The notes beneath the pieces are model-generated. The model ran no database searches, was not told the origin of the DNA, and worked only from the letters and a program-made list of their open reading frames with translations. Of a DNA stretch of 64,000 nucleotides, positions 56,419 to 64,000 are shown piece after piece. The stretch is from NCBI GenBank assembly GCA_964399865.1, contig CAYNRJ010000001.1, positions 330,050 to 394,049 on the forward strand, given 5' to 3'. The stretch comes from an uncultured Candidatus Saccharibacteria bacterium (GTDB lineage: Bacteria; Patescibacteriota; Minisyncoccia; Phycocordibacterales; UBA2100). Made by a program: the position numbers and the translations under genes. Position 1 is the first letter of the stretch; every line of letters starts with the position of its first letter.

Positions 56419-58074
56419 TTACTTTTTCTTACCTACTGCGGCTTTAATGAATGCGTTGAAAAGCGGATGAGGGGAAAGCGGACGAGCGCGGAGCTCGGGA
56501 TGGAACTGGGTACCAACCATAAATGGGTGTTCGCTCTTTGGTAATTCTGCTATTTCCATGAGATCTCCGTCCTGCCATGAGCCAGAAAATACGAGGCCTG
56601 CTTTTTCAAGCTGTTTTACGTAATCAGGATTTATTTCGTAGCGGTGACGGTGGCGCTCCGATATCTCGCTCTTTCCGTACGCATCAGCAACAATCGTCCC
56701 CTCTTTGAGAACGCATGGGTACGCGCCAAGGCGCATCGAGCCACCGTAATCTTTGCGGGCCAACTTTTCGCGCTGATCAGGAAGTATATCTATGACAGGG
56801 TATGGAGTCTTCGCGTTAATTTCTGTCGTGTGAGCGCCCTTGAGGCCTGCAACATTGCGTGCGTATTCGATAACAAGCATGTGGAGACCGTAGCAGAGTC
56901 CGAAGTACGGTATTTTGTTCTCGCGTGCATACTGTGCGGCCATTATCTTTCCTTCGATCCCTGACTCACCAAATCCACCTGGAATAATGATGCCGTCATA
57001 TTCACCAAGAGTTTCGACAGATTTCACGCCTTCCTGGATGTCTTTTGCGTTGATCCAAGAAATCTCCGGTTTTACTCCCTGAGTGAACGCAGAGAATTTA
57101 ATTGCTTCAATTACTGAGAGGTATGCATCGGAGAGAATGAAATCCCCTGTATCAAAATACTTCCCAACGATACCAATTTTTACTGTTCCATTTCCATTGT
57201 GGGCATGCTTTGCAAATTTCTCCCACACGGAAAGGTCGGCTTTCGGTGCGTCCTCCTTCCCTAGCGCTTCAAGGAGGATGTCTGACAATTCATCGCGTTC
57301 AAAATTGAGAGGCACATCGTAAATGGAGTCGACATCTGGCGCAGAGATGATGCGATCAGCAGGTACGTTGCACCAGATTGCGAGTTTCTCTTTTCTTTTT
57401 CTATCAAGATGATGCGTTGAGCGAGCGATGATCACATCTGGCTGCACTCCGTATGAGTTCAACATGCGCACAGCATTTTGTGTTGGCTTCGTTTTCATCT
57501 CGCCCAAGGTGCCTGGAACAGGAAGATACGAGACCATGACGAAAACTACGTCCCCGGGATTTAGAAGGTGCATTACACGCGCCGCTTCAATGAAGAGCGC
57601 ATTCTGAAAATCTCCGATGGTACCGCCAATTTCAATTACAGATACGTCTGAACCAGATGCTTCTGCGGCGCGCTTCAATCGATCGGTGATCTCATCACGC
57701 ACGTGAGGCACTGCTTCCACGCACTTCCCTTCATAGCCGAGGTTTCTTTCGCGTTCGATCACGGAGCGATATACCATACCGCTTGTCATGTAATCGTCAG
57801 GACCCAAATCACGATCGAGGAAACGTTCGTAGTTTCCCATGTCCTGATCTGTTTCCAGTCCTGAATCAAGCACGAACACTTCTCCGTGCTCGATCGGATT
57901 CATTGTGCCTGCATCCACATTTAGATATGGATCTACTTTAACGAGATTTACTGAGAGACCGCGCGCAGTGAGAAGTTTACCGATCGAAGCGGTCGCAATG
58001 CCCTTGCCTACGCCGGACATGACTCCGCCAATGACGAAAATATACTTGTGTTCGCCTTTTCGCGCGCGCGCCAT
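56419..58074 (-). CDS. pyrG: CTP synthase
   Basis: GGVMSGVGKG, DPYLNVDAGTM, GLCYG, ERHRHRYE, QFHPE. Confidence 0.98.
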   Translation of the reverse strand: MARARKGEHKYIFVIGGVMSGVGKGIATASIGKLLTARGLSVNLVKVDPYLNVDAGTMNPIEHGEVFVLDSGLETDQDMGNYERFLDRDLGPDDYMTSGMVYRSVIERERNLGYEGKCVEAVPHVRDEITDRLKRAAEASGSDVSVIEIGGTIGDFQNALFIEAARVMHLLNPGDVVFVMVSYLPVPGTLGEMKTKPTQNAVRMLNSYGVQPDVIIARSTHHLDRKRKEKLAIWCNVPADRIISAPDVDSIYDVPLNFERDELSDILLEALGKEDAPKADLSVWEKFAKHAHNGNGTVKIGIVGKYFDTGDFILSDAYLSVIEAIKFSAFTQGVKPEISWINAKDIQEGVKSVETLGEYDGIIIPGGFGESGIEGKIMAAQYARENKIPYFGLCYGLHMLVIEYARNVAGLKGAHTTEINAKTPYPVIDILPDQREKLARKDYGGSMRLGAYPCVLKEGTIVADAYGKSEISERHRHRYEINPDYVKQLEKAGLVFSGSWQDGDLMEIAELPKSEHPFMVGTQFHPELRARPLSPHPLFNAFIKAAVGKKK

Positions 58075-58089
58075 ACGGTCTCTACTGTA

Positions 58090-59019
58090 TCACGCCCGCA
58101 GGTACCGTCGAATGGCAAGATAACTGGACAACGCACCGAGAGCTATGCCTGAGCCCATGACTATGAGGAAAAAGAGTAGGAATGAGCCCGTGTAATAGTC
58201 ATAGATGTTGAAAGTGCCAAGGAATCGCTCTGTCGGCCCTCCAAGCCAAATGGTGATCGGATATAGAAGAAGTAGCACCACAAGGCCGCTCACTACACCA
58301 TAGAGCACTCCAGCGACCATAAATGGACCTCTGACGTACCAACGGCCCGCGCCAACAATGTTCATGACTCCGATCTCGTCACGTGCTGTATATATCGCGA
58401 GTCGTATCGTGTTGAACGAGATGAGGACCGAGCAGAGCGCAAGAAGGAACGCTACGACAAACCCTACCCTTTCAGAGGTTTGGATTATATTCGTAAGACG
58501 ATCAATTGCTGTCTTATTTTGCGAGAAGTTAATTTTGTCTATTGCGAGTCCTGCACCCTCCGCTGCTTCCTGCTTACTCGTAAGGAACGTGGCGATCGAT
58601 TCGTACTGACTAGTTTCTTTTGCTCGTACTCCAAGACTCGCGCCGAGTGGATTATCTTCTAGTTCGTCCAGAGCTTGGATAGTGAGGCGATCGTTCTTGT
58701 GACGTTCGTAAAATGCAGCAAGTGCCTCTTCTGCGCTCATATAAGAAACAGACGCTACCTCGGGAAGAGCTTCAAGGGAGGTCCGTATCTCGTCTATGTT
58801 CTCTGCAGTTGCGTCAGGCAAGAAATATACTGTTACATCCACCTTCTCAGTTATTTGAGTGAGAGTGGCACTGAGTGCCGCTCCAAACATGACAACAGCT
58901 GCGAGAACGAAAAGCGTGATCGTCATGATAAGGACCGCGGCAAGCGATACGAAACCGTTTCGAATGAAGCCGATAAGGCCGTACCTTGCTACTCGTTTTG
59001 CATTTAACCAAGAACTCAT
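58090..59019 (-). CDS. ftsX: Cell division permease FtsX
   Basis: DNPL, NTIRLAIY.ARDEI..M..VGA..WYVRGPF. Confidence 0.93.
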   Translation of the reverse strand: MSSWLNAKRVARYGLIGFIRNGFVSLAAVLIMTITLFVLAAVVMFGAALSATLTQITEKVDVTVYFLPDATAENIDEIRTSLEALPEVASVSYMSAEEALAAFYERHKNDRLTIQALDELEDNPLGASLGVRAKETSQYESIATFLTSKQEAAEGAGLAIDKINFSQNKTAIDRLTNIIQTSERVGFVVAFLLALCSVLISFNTIRLAIYTARDEIGVMNIVGAGRWYVRGPFMVAGVLYGVVSGLVVLLLLYPITIWLGGPTERFLGTFNIYDYYTGSFLLFFLIVMGSGIALGALSSYLAIRRYLRA

Positions 59020-59043
59020 ATCAAAAGTATACAGTATTCGTTT

Positions 59044-59724
59044 TTATATTATGTACTTCCCCATCTTGTCGTCACGAACTATTCTTCCTTGATCAAGCGT
59101 CACGACGCGGCGACCAGCAGAATCCACGACACTTTTATTGTGCGTGGCGAGCAGAACGGTTGTTCCGAGGTCATTGATCTTCTTTAGGATCTCTACGACA
59201 TCGTGTGTGTTGATCGGGTCGAGATTTCCCGTTGGTTCGTCGGCAATAAGCACGTCAGGTTGATTCACGATCGCGCGCGCGATCGCAATACGCTGCTGTT
59301 CCCCTCCTGAAAGCTGTGAAGGAAAGCTCCACATCTTGTCTGGAAGTCCTACGAGATCGAGGACGTGCGGGACGTCCGCCTCAATGTCTTCCTCGCTCTT
59401 TCCCGCGACTTCAAGCGCGAAGGCAATGTTCTCGTAGACTGTTTTTGTTGGGAGAAGGCGGAAATCTTGGAAAATTGTGCCTATCTTGCGACGCAATTGG
59501 CGCAGCTCCTGTTTAGAGAGCCCTTTTATCTCGCGGGAATCAAAGTAGACCGACCCTTCGGTCGGCGCGATCTCTGCAAATAGCATCTTGAGGAGCGTGG
59601 ATTTTCCCGCACCGGAGTGACCAACTATCGAAACAAATTCTCCTGGCTCTACTTCTAGCGTAATCTCCGAGACTGATGGAGGATTTCTTCCATATACCTT
59701 TGTTACATTGTCGTAGAAAATCAT
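59044..59724 (-). CDS. ftsE: Cell division ATP-binding protein FtsE
   Basis: GHSGAGKST, FQDFRLL, LSGGEQQR, ADEPTGNLD; next to ftsX. Confidence 0.95.
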   Translation of the reverse strand: MIFYDNVTKVYGRNPPSVSEITLEVEPGEFVSIVGHSGAGKSTLLKMLFAEIAPTEGSVYFDSREIKGLSKQELRQLRRKIGTIFQDFRLLPTKTVYENIAFALEVAGKSEEDIEADVPHVLDLVGLPDKMWSFPSQLSGGEQQRIAIARAIVNQPDVLIADEPTGNLDPINTHDVVEILKKINDLGTTVLLATHNKSVVDSAGRRVVTLDQGRIVRDDKMGKYII

Positions 59725-59781
59725 ATAAATAGCTGAAATTCAGCTTTCTAGGCACACAGAAACAGGTGCACGTGGGTTCTA

Positions 59782-60678
59782 TTATACCGCGCTACCAGAA
59801 TCGTCAAAACTTTTCTCCGCATCAATGAACGACTGAATATCCCCTTCAAGTACATTTTCGACATCCCGGCGTTCATGTTCCGTACGGTGATCCTTCACAA
59901 GCTGATATGGATGAAGAGTATATGAACGGATCTGACTTCCCCATTCTATCTTTGTGGATGCACCTGCTGAAAGTCCTCGGGCTTCTTTCTCCTGCGCTTC
60001 TTGTTTTAGTTGGAAGAGTTTTCCGCGGATCATCTCGAGCGCCTTCTCGCGATTCTGCGCCTGAGAGCGTTCACTCGTCACGTGCACAGAAAATCCGGTT
60101 GGTTTGTGTGTCATACGGACTGCCGTGTCGCGTTTGTTTACATTCTGCCCACCCGGTCCACCGGAACGCGCGACCGTAACTTCAATATCGGTGTCAGGAA
60201 TATGCGCATCCCCTACATCGGGGAGTTTCGGCAACACCTCAACAAGAGAAAATGATGTTTGACGTTTGCCAGCGGAATTGAACGGTGACATGCGCACGAG
60301 TCGATGCACGCCCGCTTCACGTTTTAGTGCGCCGTATGCCCCACTTCCGATGACTTCAAACGAAACACTTCTATATCCACTCATACTGTTCTCGTTCCAA
60401 GAAAGAAGTGGTGTCGCCCAGCCGCGTGCTGAAGCGTATTTTTTGTACATCTCAAAAAGAATACGAGAGAAATCCTCCGCATCATCGCCGCCAGCGCCTG
60501 AGATGATGGATATGATCGCGTCACTTTTGTCGTACGCGCCAACGCCTGCAAGTTTTAACTTTAGGTCCTGATATTCCTTGAGAGTAGCCTGCGCTTTGTC
60601 CTTATCATTCCAAAAATCGGCCCCTCCCATTGCGGTTTCAATTTCGGCCATCCGCTTTGCAATCTCCTCCTTTTGCAT
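59782..60678 (-). CDS. prfB: Peptide chain release factor 2 (short form)
   Basis: SPF recognition motif (RMSPFN), [11 protein letters not shown]. Confidence 0.93.
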   Translation of the reverse strand: MQKEEIAKRMAEIETAMGGADFWNDKDKAQATLKEYQDLKLKLAGVGAYDKSDAIISIISGAGGDDAEDFSRILFEMYKKYASARGWATPLLSWNENSMSGYRSVSFEVIGSGAYGALKREAGVHRLVRMSPFNSAGKRQTSFSLVEVLPKLPDVGDAHIPDTDIEVTVARSGGPGGQNVNKRDTAVRMTHKPTGFSVHVTSERSQAQNREKALEMIRGKLFQLKQEAQEKEARGLSAGASTKIEWGSQIRSYTLHPYQLVKDHRTEHERRDVENVLEGDIQSFIDAEKSFDDSGSAV

Positions 60679-60693
60679 CCCCGGCAGTATAAC

Positions 60694-61614
60694 CTATACG
60701 ACTGATTCGGTCGGTAACTCACGATTGAGGCGCGCGACGCGATACATCGCGTACATAAGTACGAGCACAGCCACGTACTGCGTCCACGCGAGCACTGTCC
60801 CCCACATAAAGTAATCAACGAAAATAGCGGTCGTTGGGAACGCGAGCTCCACGATCGTGGAAACGCTCGCACGTGTGTGCTTGAGACCGCGATAGTAGAT
60901 CCAGAGTGCGACCATGCCGGTGGATAGTGCGATAAGAGCAAGAGTCCCGAGTTGTATCGGAGCAACTTCAGTTAAAGAGGGCGCGGCACCGAGCGCGTAC
61001 ACGAAGACAAGCGCGAGCGGCGCTGTGATGAGAAACCTAAGGCCCGTGATGAATGTATGTGAGTGATTGAGGAGTAGGTACCGCGAGAATGCCGTGGAAG
61101 AACCCCACGCAATCGCGGCAGCTAGTGCAAACAATGCTGCGACAACATACGCACCCCCTTCTCCCATATTCACGATGCCGTACGGGAACGTGACAAAGTA
61201 TCCTGCAAGAAGCGCGAGTGCTGCCCACACAATATAGTGTTTCGTAATTTTCTCTTTCAATAGCACTCGAGCTGCGAGCATGGCGAATATCGGCTGCAAC
61301 TTTTGAATAAGAAAGACAACCGAGAAAGCAATGAAGCCTGTCTTAAGAAGTGCGGTTGTGAAAAAGAGTGTCCCCAAGACTCCCGAAAGAAGTGCGACAA
61401 TCCCCATGACTCCCCACTCCTTTCGCGTCAGTGTTTCTTTCTTCCACGCCTTCCACAAAAATGGCGCGATGATGATGAGTCCAATTAAATGTTCAAGGAA
61501 TACGATCGTGATCGGAGGCAAACCAAACAGTGAGCGGCGGAGAATCCCGTCGAGTGCCCACAGTATTGCTGCAACGAAGATGAGAAACGGACCCGCAGTA
61601 ATAAGTCTTTGCAT
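60694..61614 (-). CDS. DMT/EamA transporter, probable riboflavin transporter
   Basis: 10 TMs in two EamA repeats; directly downstream of an FMN riboswitch. Confidence 0.85.
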   Translation of the reverse strand: MQRLITAGPFLIFVAAILWALDGILRRSLFGLPPITIVFLEHLIGLIIIAPFLWKAWKKETLTRKEWGVMGIVALLSGVLGTLFFTTALLKTGFIAFSVVFLIQKLQPIFAMLAARVLLKEKITKHYIVWAALALLAGYFVTFPYGIVNMGEGGAYVVAALFALAAAIAWGSSTAFSRYLLLNHSHTFITGLRFLITAPLALVFVYALGAAPSLTEVAPIQLGTLALIALSTGMVALWIYYRGLKHTRASVSTIVELAFPTTAIFVDYFMWGTVLAWTQYVAVLVLMYAMYRVARLNRELPTESVV

Positions 61615-61634
61615 ACAGATAGTAATTAAATAGT

Positions 61635-61664
61635 AAAAAAATAAACCCCGCTTCTTCGGGGGTT
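61635..61664 (-). terminator. Riboswitch expression-platform terminator
   Basis: Minus strand aacccccgaagaagcggggtt followed by tattttttt. Confidence 0.75.
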
Positions 61665-61694
61665 AAGACAGCGCCGCAACGAAGCAGCTCTGTT

Positions 61695-61815
61695 TTTCCT
61701 TCTTTCATCCCGACTGTACGGTCGGCACTGGAATTAAACCAGTTCATGCATTCGCTTTCGCGAGTGCTCGTGGGCTATACCACCGGTCATGACTTACACA
61801 AAACCCCGAAGGAAC
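61695..61815 (-). promoter_or_regulatory. FMN riboswitch (RFN element)
   Basis: Minus strand CTTCGGGG...GACCGGTGGTATAGCCCACGAG...CTGGTTTAATTCCAGTGCCGACCGTACAGTCGGGATGAAAGAAG follows the RFN consensus. Confidence 0.9.
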
Positions 61816-61893
61816 AGGGATAGTATACCTCCGTTTACACTGCGAGCCACACCGGACTTCAGGACTGACGGGGCGCAGTGTAAACGTTGAGAA

Positions 61894-64000
61894 TCAGAGC
61901 TTGCAAGGAACTTTCTTGCCAGTATCGGGATCTTTCAACAATGAGTAATGTACGGGATCATTCTTTCCACATGCGCGATAGAGGCTGGAGGTAGCTGCGA
62001 GAACATTTATCTTTATGCCGCCGATGGTGTCCTTCTGCTTATTCGAGTGATTAATACACTCCGTTGTGGTGCCGATCACCTCACAGATGACGACGTCAAA
62101 TGCTTTTCCTACTTCGTGGGGAGAAGTTCCAGGTTTGTTAACGCCCCCGCCGAGCCCGTGAAGAGCAAACTCATTGTCGACTTGGGTTTTAAGTTCCGTA
62201 CAAACGATATTTGCTGGATCAGCGTTCTTAAGCTCATTTTTCTTCTGATTGATTTCATACAAATGCGCTTGATACGCGCTTGGTCGGTACCCGGACGTAA
62301 CGGTGAAGGTCGTCGTCGTACTAACACCAAGTATTACCTGCCTGAATTTTTCGATTGCAGTCAGTAACTCTGCCTGAACTCTGGAAGGATCTAGATCAAC
62401 AGGCGGGTTCGCTGGATTCGCGTGTACTTGATTGTTGAAATCCACTGCCAAGCCTGGCGTCGGTGGCGGATACTGTGCCTCAAGATCCTCGAGGCTCGTC
62501 AGACCTGCGATTACTTTTCCAGCTTTTGTTTTACATTCATTAGGCAGCGTAACTGTAATAGTCACAGTTGTGACCCCCGAGTTCAGTGAAGCATCTTTAG
62601 CATGATACGTGAACGTATCGTTGCCGGTAAAACCTTCAGTCGGTGTGTAAGTGAACGAACCGTTAGCCTTTAATACGAGAACTCCGTTCGTTGGCTCTGT
62701 ATCTACTACAGCTTTTAAAGAATCCCCATCTGGATCGCTGTCATTGAGAAGAACACCTGGTGTAGGCACTGTGAGCTTTTTATTTTGTGTCGCCTCGTAC
62801 GTATCTGCTGTCGCTGTCGGTGACCTGTTTCCCAGAGTGGCATTCACCGTAATTGTTACGGTGGTATCTTCTGAATTCAGCTCGCCGTCACTCACACTGT
62901 AGGTAAATGTATCAATACCGGTAAAACCAGTTTTTGGCTTGTAGCTGAAAGAACCGTCACCATTAAATGTGAGGGTTCCATTCGCAGTTCCTGACTCCAG
63001 AGTTGCGCTCAAAGATTCACTTTCTGGGTCAGAATCATTTGAGAGAACGCCGGGAGCGCTCACATCCAACTTCTTACCCTTCTGAACTTCATATGTGTCC
63101 CCTGTCGCAGTTGGCGGTTGGTTTACAATCCCACAATCACCCGATGCCAAGAAACTGTAGGTCGCGAATGAAGCGTCGTAATAATAACCTTCAATCTGAT
63201 CCGTATCGTTAATATTCTGAGGGTACGTGCGAATATCTGCTTCTGATGAAGCATCCAACTTTATAAAACTTCCATCGGGATTCCGGACGAAACCGCCATA
63301 GTGGTCCGAGGAATCTCGATAATCTCCTACAATTTTGCCTGCCTCATTAATGTCTTGACCGAAAGTCTCAACGCTGCCGGGCACGTTGAATGTCACAAAA
63401 CTTCCGTCCGGATTCCGGAGGAACCCGTGAGCTCCAGAGAAATTAAGATAATATCCTGCGATCTGCCCCGCCTCGTTAATACCTCGAGCATATGTAGCAG
63501 TGCTTCCTGGGACATCAATCGTCACGAAACTTCCGTCCGGATTTCGGAGGAAACCATGATATATCGAGGCATCATCGCGATACCATCCGATAACCTGCCC
63601 GGCGTCGTTTATGTCGTACGGTACGGTAAGGTTGTTTGGTGTCCCGTCAAACGTAACAATACTTCCGTTAGCATTTCGCAGAAAACCGTGTGACCAAGCA
63701 GAGGAAGAATCATAGTAGGTTCCAGCAATCTGTCCTGTATTGCTAATGGCTACAGGATATGTCTCAGAACTTCCTGGCACATCGAACGACGCATTCCCGA
63801 TGAAACCATGGCGCCCAGCGGAGGTGGAAATGTCATCGTCATCATACCAACCGGCGATTTGTCCATTATCGTTGATGGCTAGTGCTTCAGCGTTGACACT
63901 GCCGGGTAGGTTAAGTGTCACCAAACTCCCGTTCGCATTTCGCAAAAAAGCGTAATGGACGTCGGAATCACTATAAAAACCGACTGTCTGTCCACTATTA
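61894..64000 (-). CDS. Extracellular protein (5'-truncated by the window): HAF-like repeats, two Ig/cadherin-like domains, C-terminal M15-like metallopeptidase
   Basis: Frame is open to the window edge; repeats IN.AGQI.G.Y...HGFLR; PGVL.NDSDP...DTFTY domains; TSGYR, SPHEVGKAFD, DPVH. Confidence 0.85.
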   Translation of the reverse strand, partial: NSGQTVGFYSDSDVHYAFLRNANGSLVTLNLPGSVNAEALAINDNGQIAGWYDDDDISTSAGRHGFIGNASFDVPGSSETYPVAISNTGQIAGTYYDSSSAWSHGFLRNANGSIVTFDGTPNNLTVPYDINDAGQVIGWYRDDASIYHGFLRNPDGSFVTIDVPGSTATYARGINEAGQIAGYYLNFSGAHGFLRNPDGSFVTFNVPGSVETFGQDINEAGKIVGDYRDSSDHYGGFVRNPDGSFIKLDASSEADIRTYPQNINDTDQIEGYYYDASFATYSFLASGDCGIVNQPPTATGDTYEVQKGKKLDVSAPGVLSNDSDPESESLSATLESGTANGTLTFNGDGSFSYKPKTGFTGIDTFTYSVSDGELNSEDTTVTITVNATLGNRSPTATADTYEATQNKKLTVPTPGVLLNDSDPDGDSLKAVVDTEPTNGVLVLKANGSFTYTPTEGFTGNDTFTYHAKDASLNSGVTTVTITVTLPNECKTKAGKVIAGLTSLEDLEAQYPPPTPGLAVDFNNQVHANPANPPVDLDPSRVQAELLTAIEKFRQVILGVSTTTTFTVTSGYRPSAYQAHLYEINQKKNELKNADPANIVCTELKTQVDNEFALHGLGGGVNKPGTSPHEVGKAFDVVICEVIGTTTECINHSNKQKDTIGGIKINVLAATSSLYRACGKNDPVHYSLLKDPDTGKKVPCKL

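Noticed and set aside
106-61896. Alternative genetic code (UGA read as Gly)
   Set aside because: RF2 with SPF is present, long genes are intact under code 11, and several end in TGA.
1-64000. CRISPR array, cas genes, integrase or transposase
   Set aside because: No regularly spaced repeat-spacer array and no recognisable Cas, integrase or transposase motifs were seen.

Overview
Bacterial chromosome segment that looks like Patescibacteria (CPR, probably Parcubacteria). The evidence is the short RF2, the class II RNR, many secreted hypothetical proteins and few Shine-Dalgarno sites; the taxonomy is inferred. The left half (1-30.1 kb) lies on the minus strand and is a cell-surface or extracellular-matrix locus. 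It holds paralogous Cys/Asp-repeat proteins with peptidoglycan-binding ends, and a set of secreted proteins sharing an Asn/Thr/Gly-rich TGxN...TG(N/D)A...NxxN repeat. The first of these has a structured 290-nt leader. Downstream are a processive GT2 with a small membrane partner, a flippase, GT2/GT4 enzymes and two GT-C-like membrane proteins. The right half is mostly housekeeping: hisS, lepA, murJ, rnpB, nrdJ, pyrG, ftsEX, prfB, five tRNAs and an FMN riboswitch before a DMT transporter. It also carries orphan GC-rich metabolic genes (FabI with an ACP-like ORF, a plant-type DapB). Best candidates for novelty: (1) a putative functional-amyloid or beta-solenoid fibre plus polysaccharide locus, (2) a two-copy intergenic structured element whose six differences are all compensatory, and (3) REP-like palindromes lying in frame inside a CDS. 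All calls were made by eye; no database search was run.
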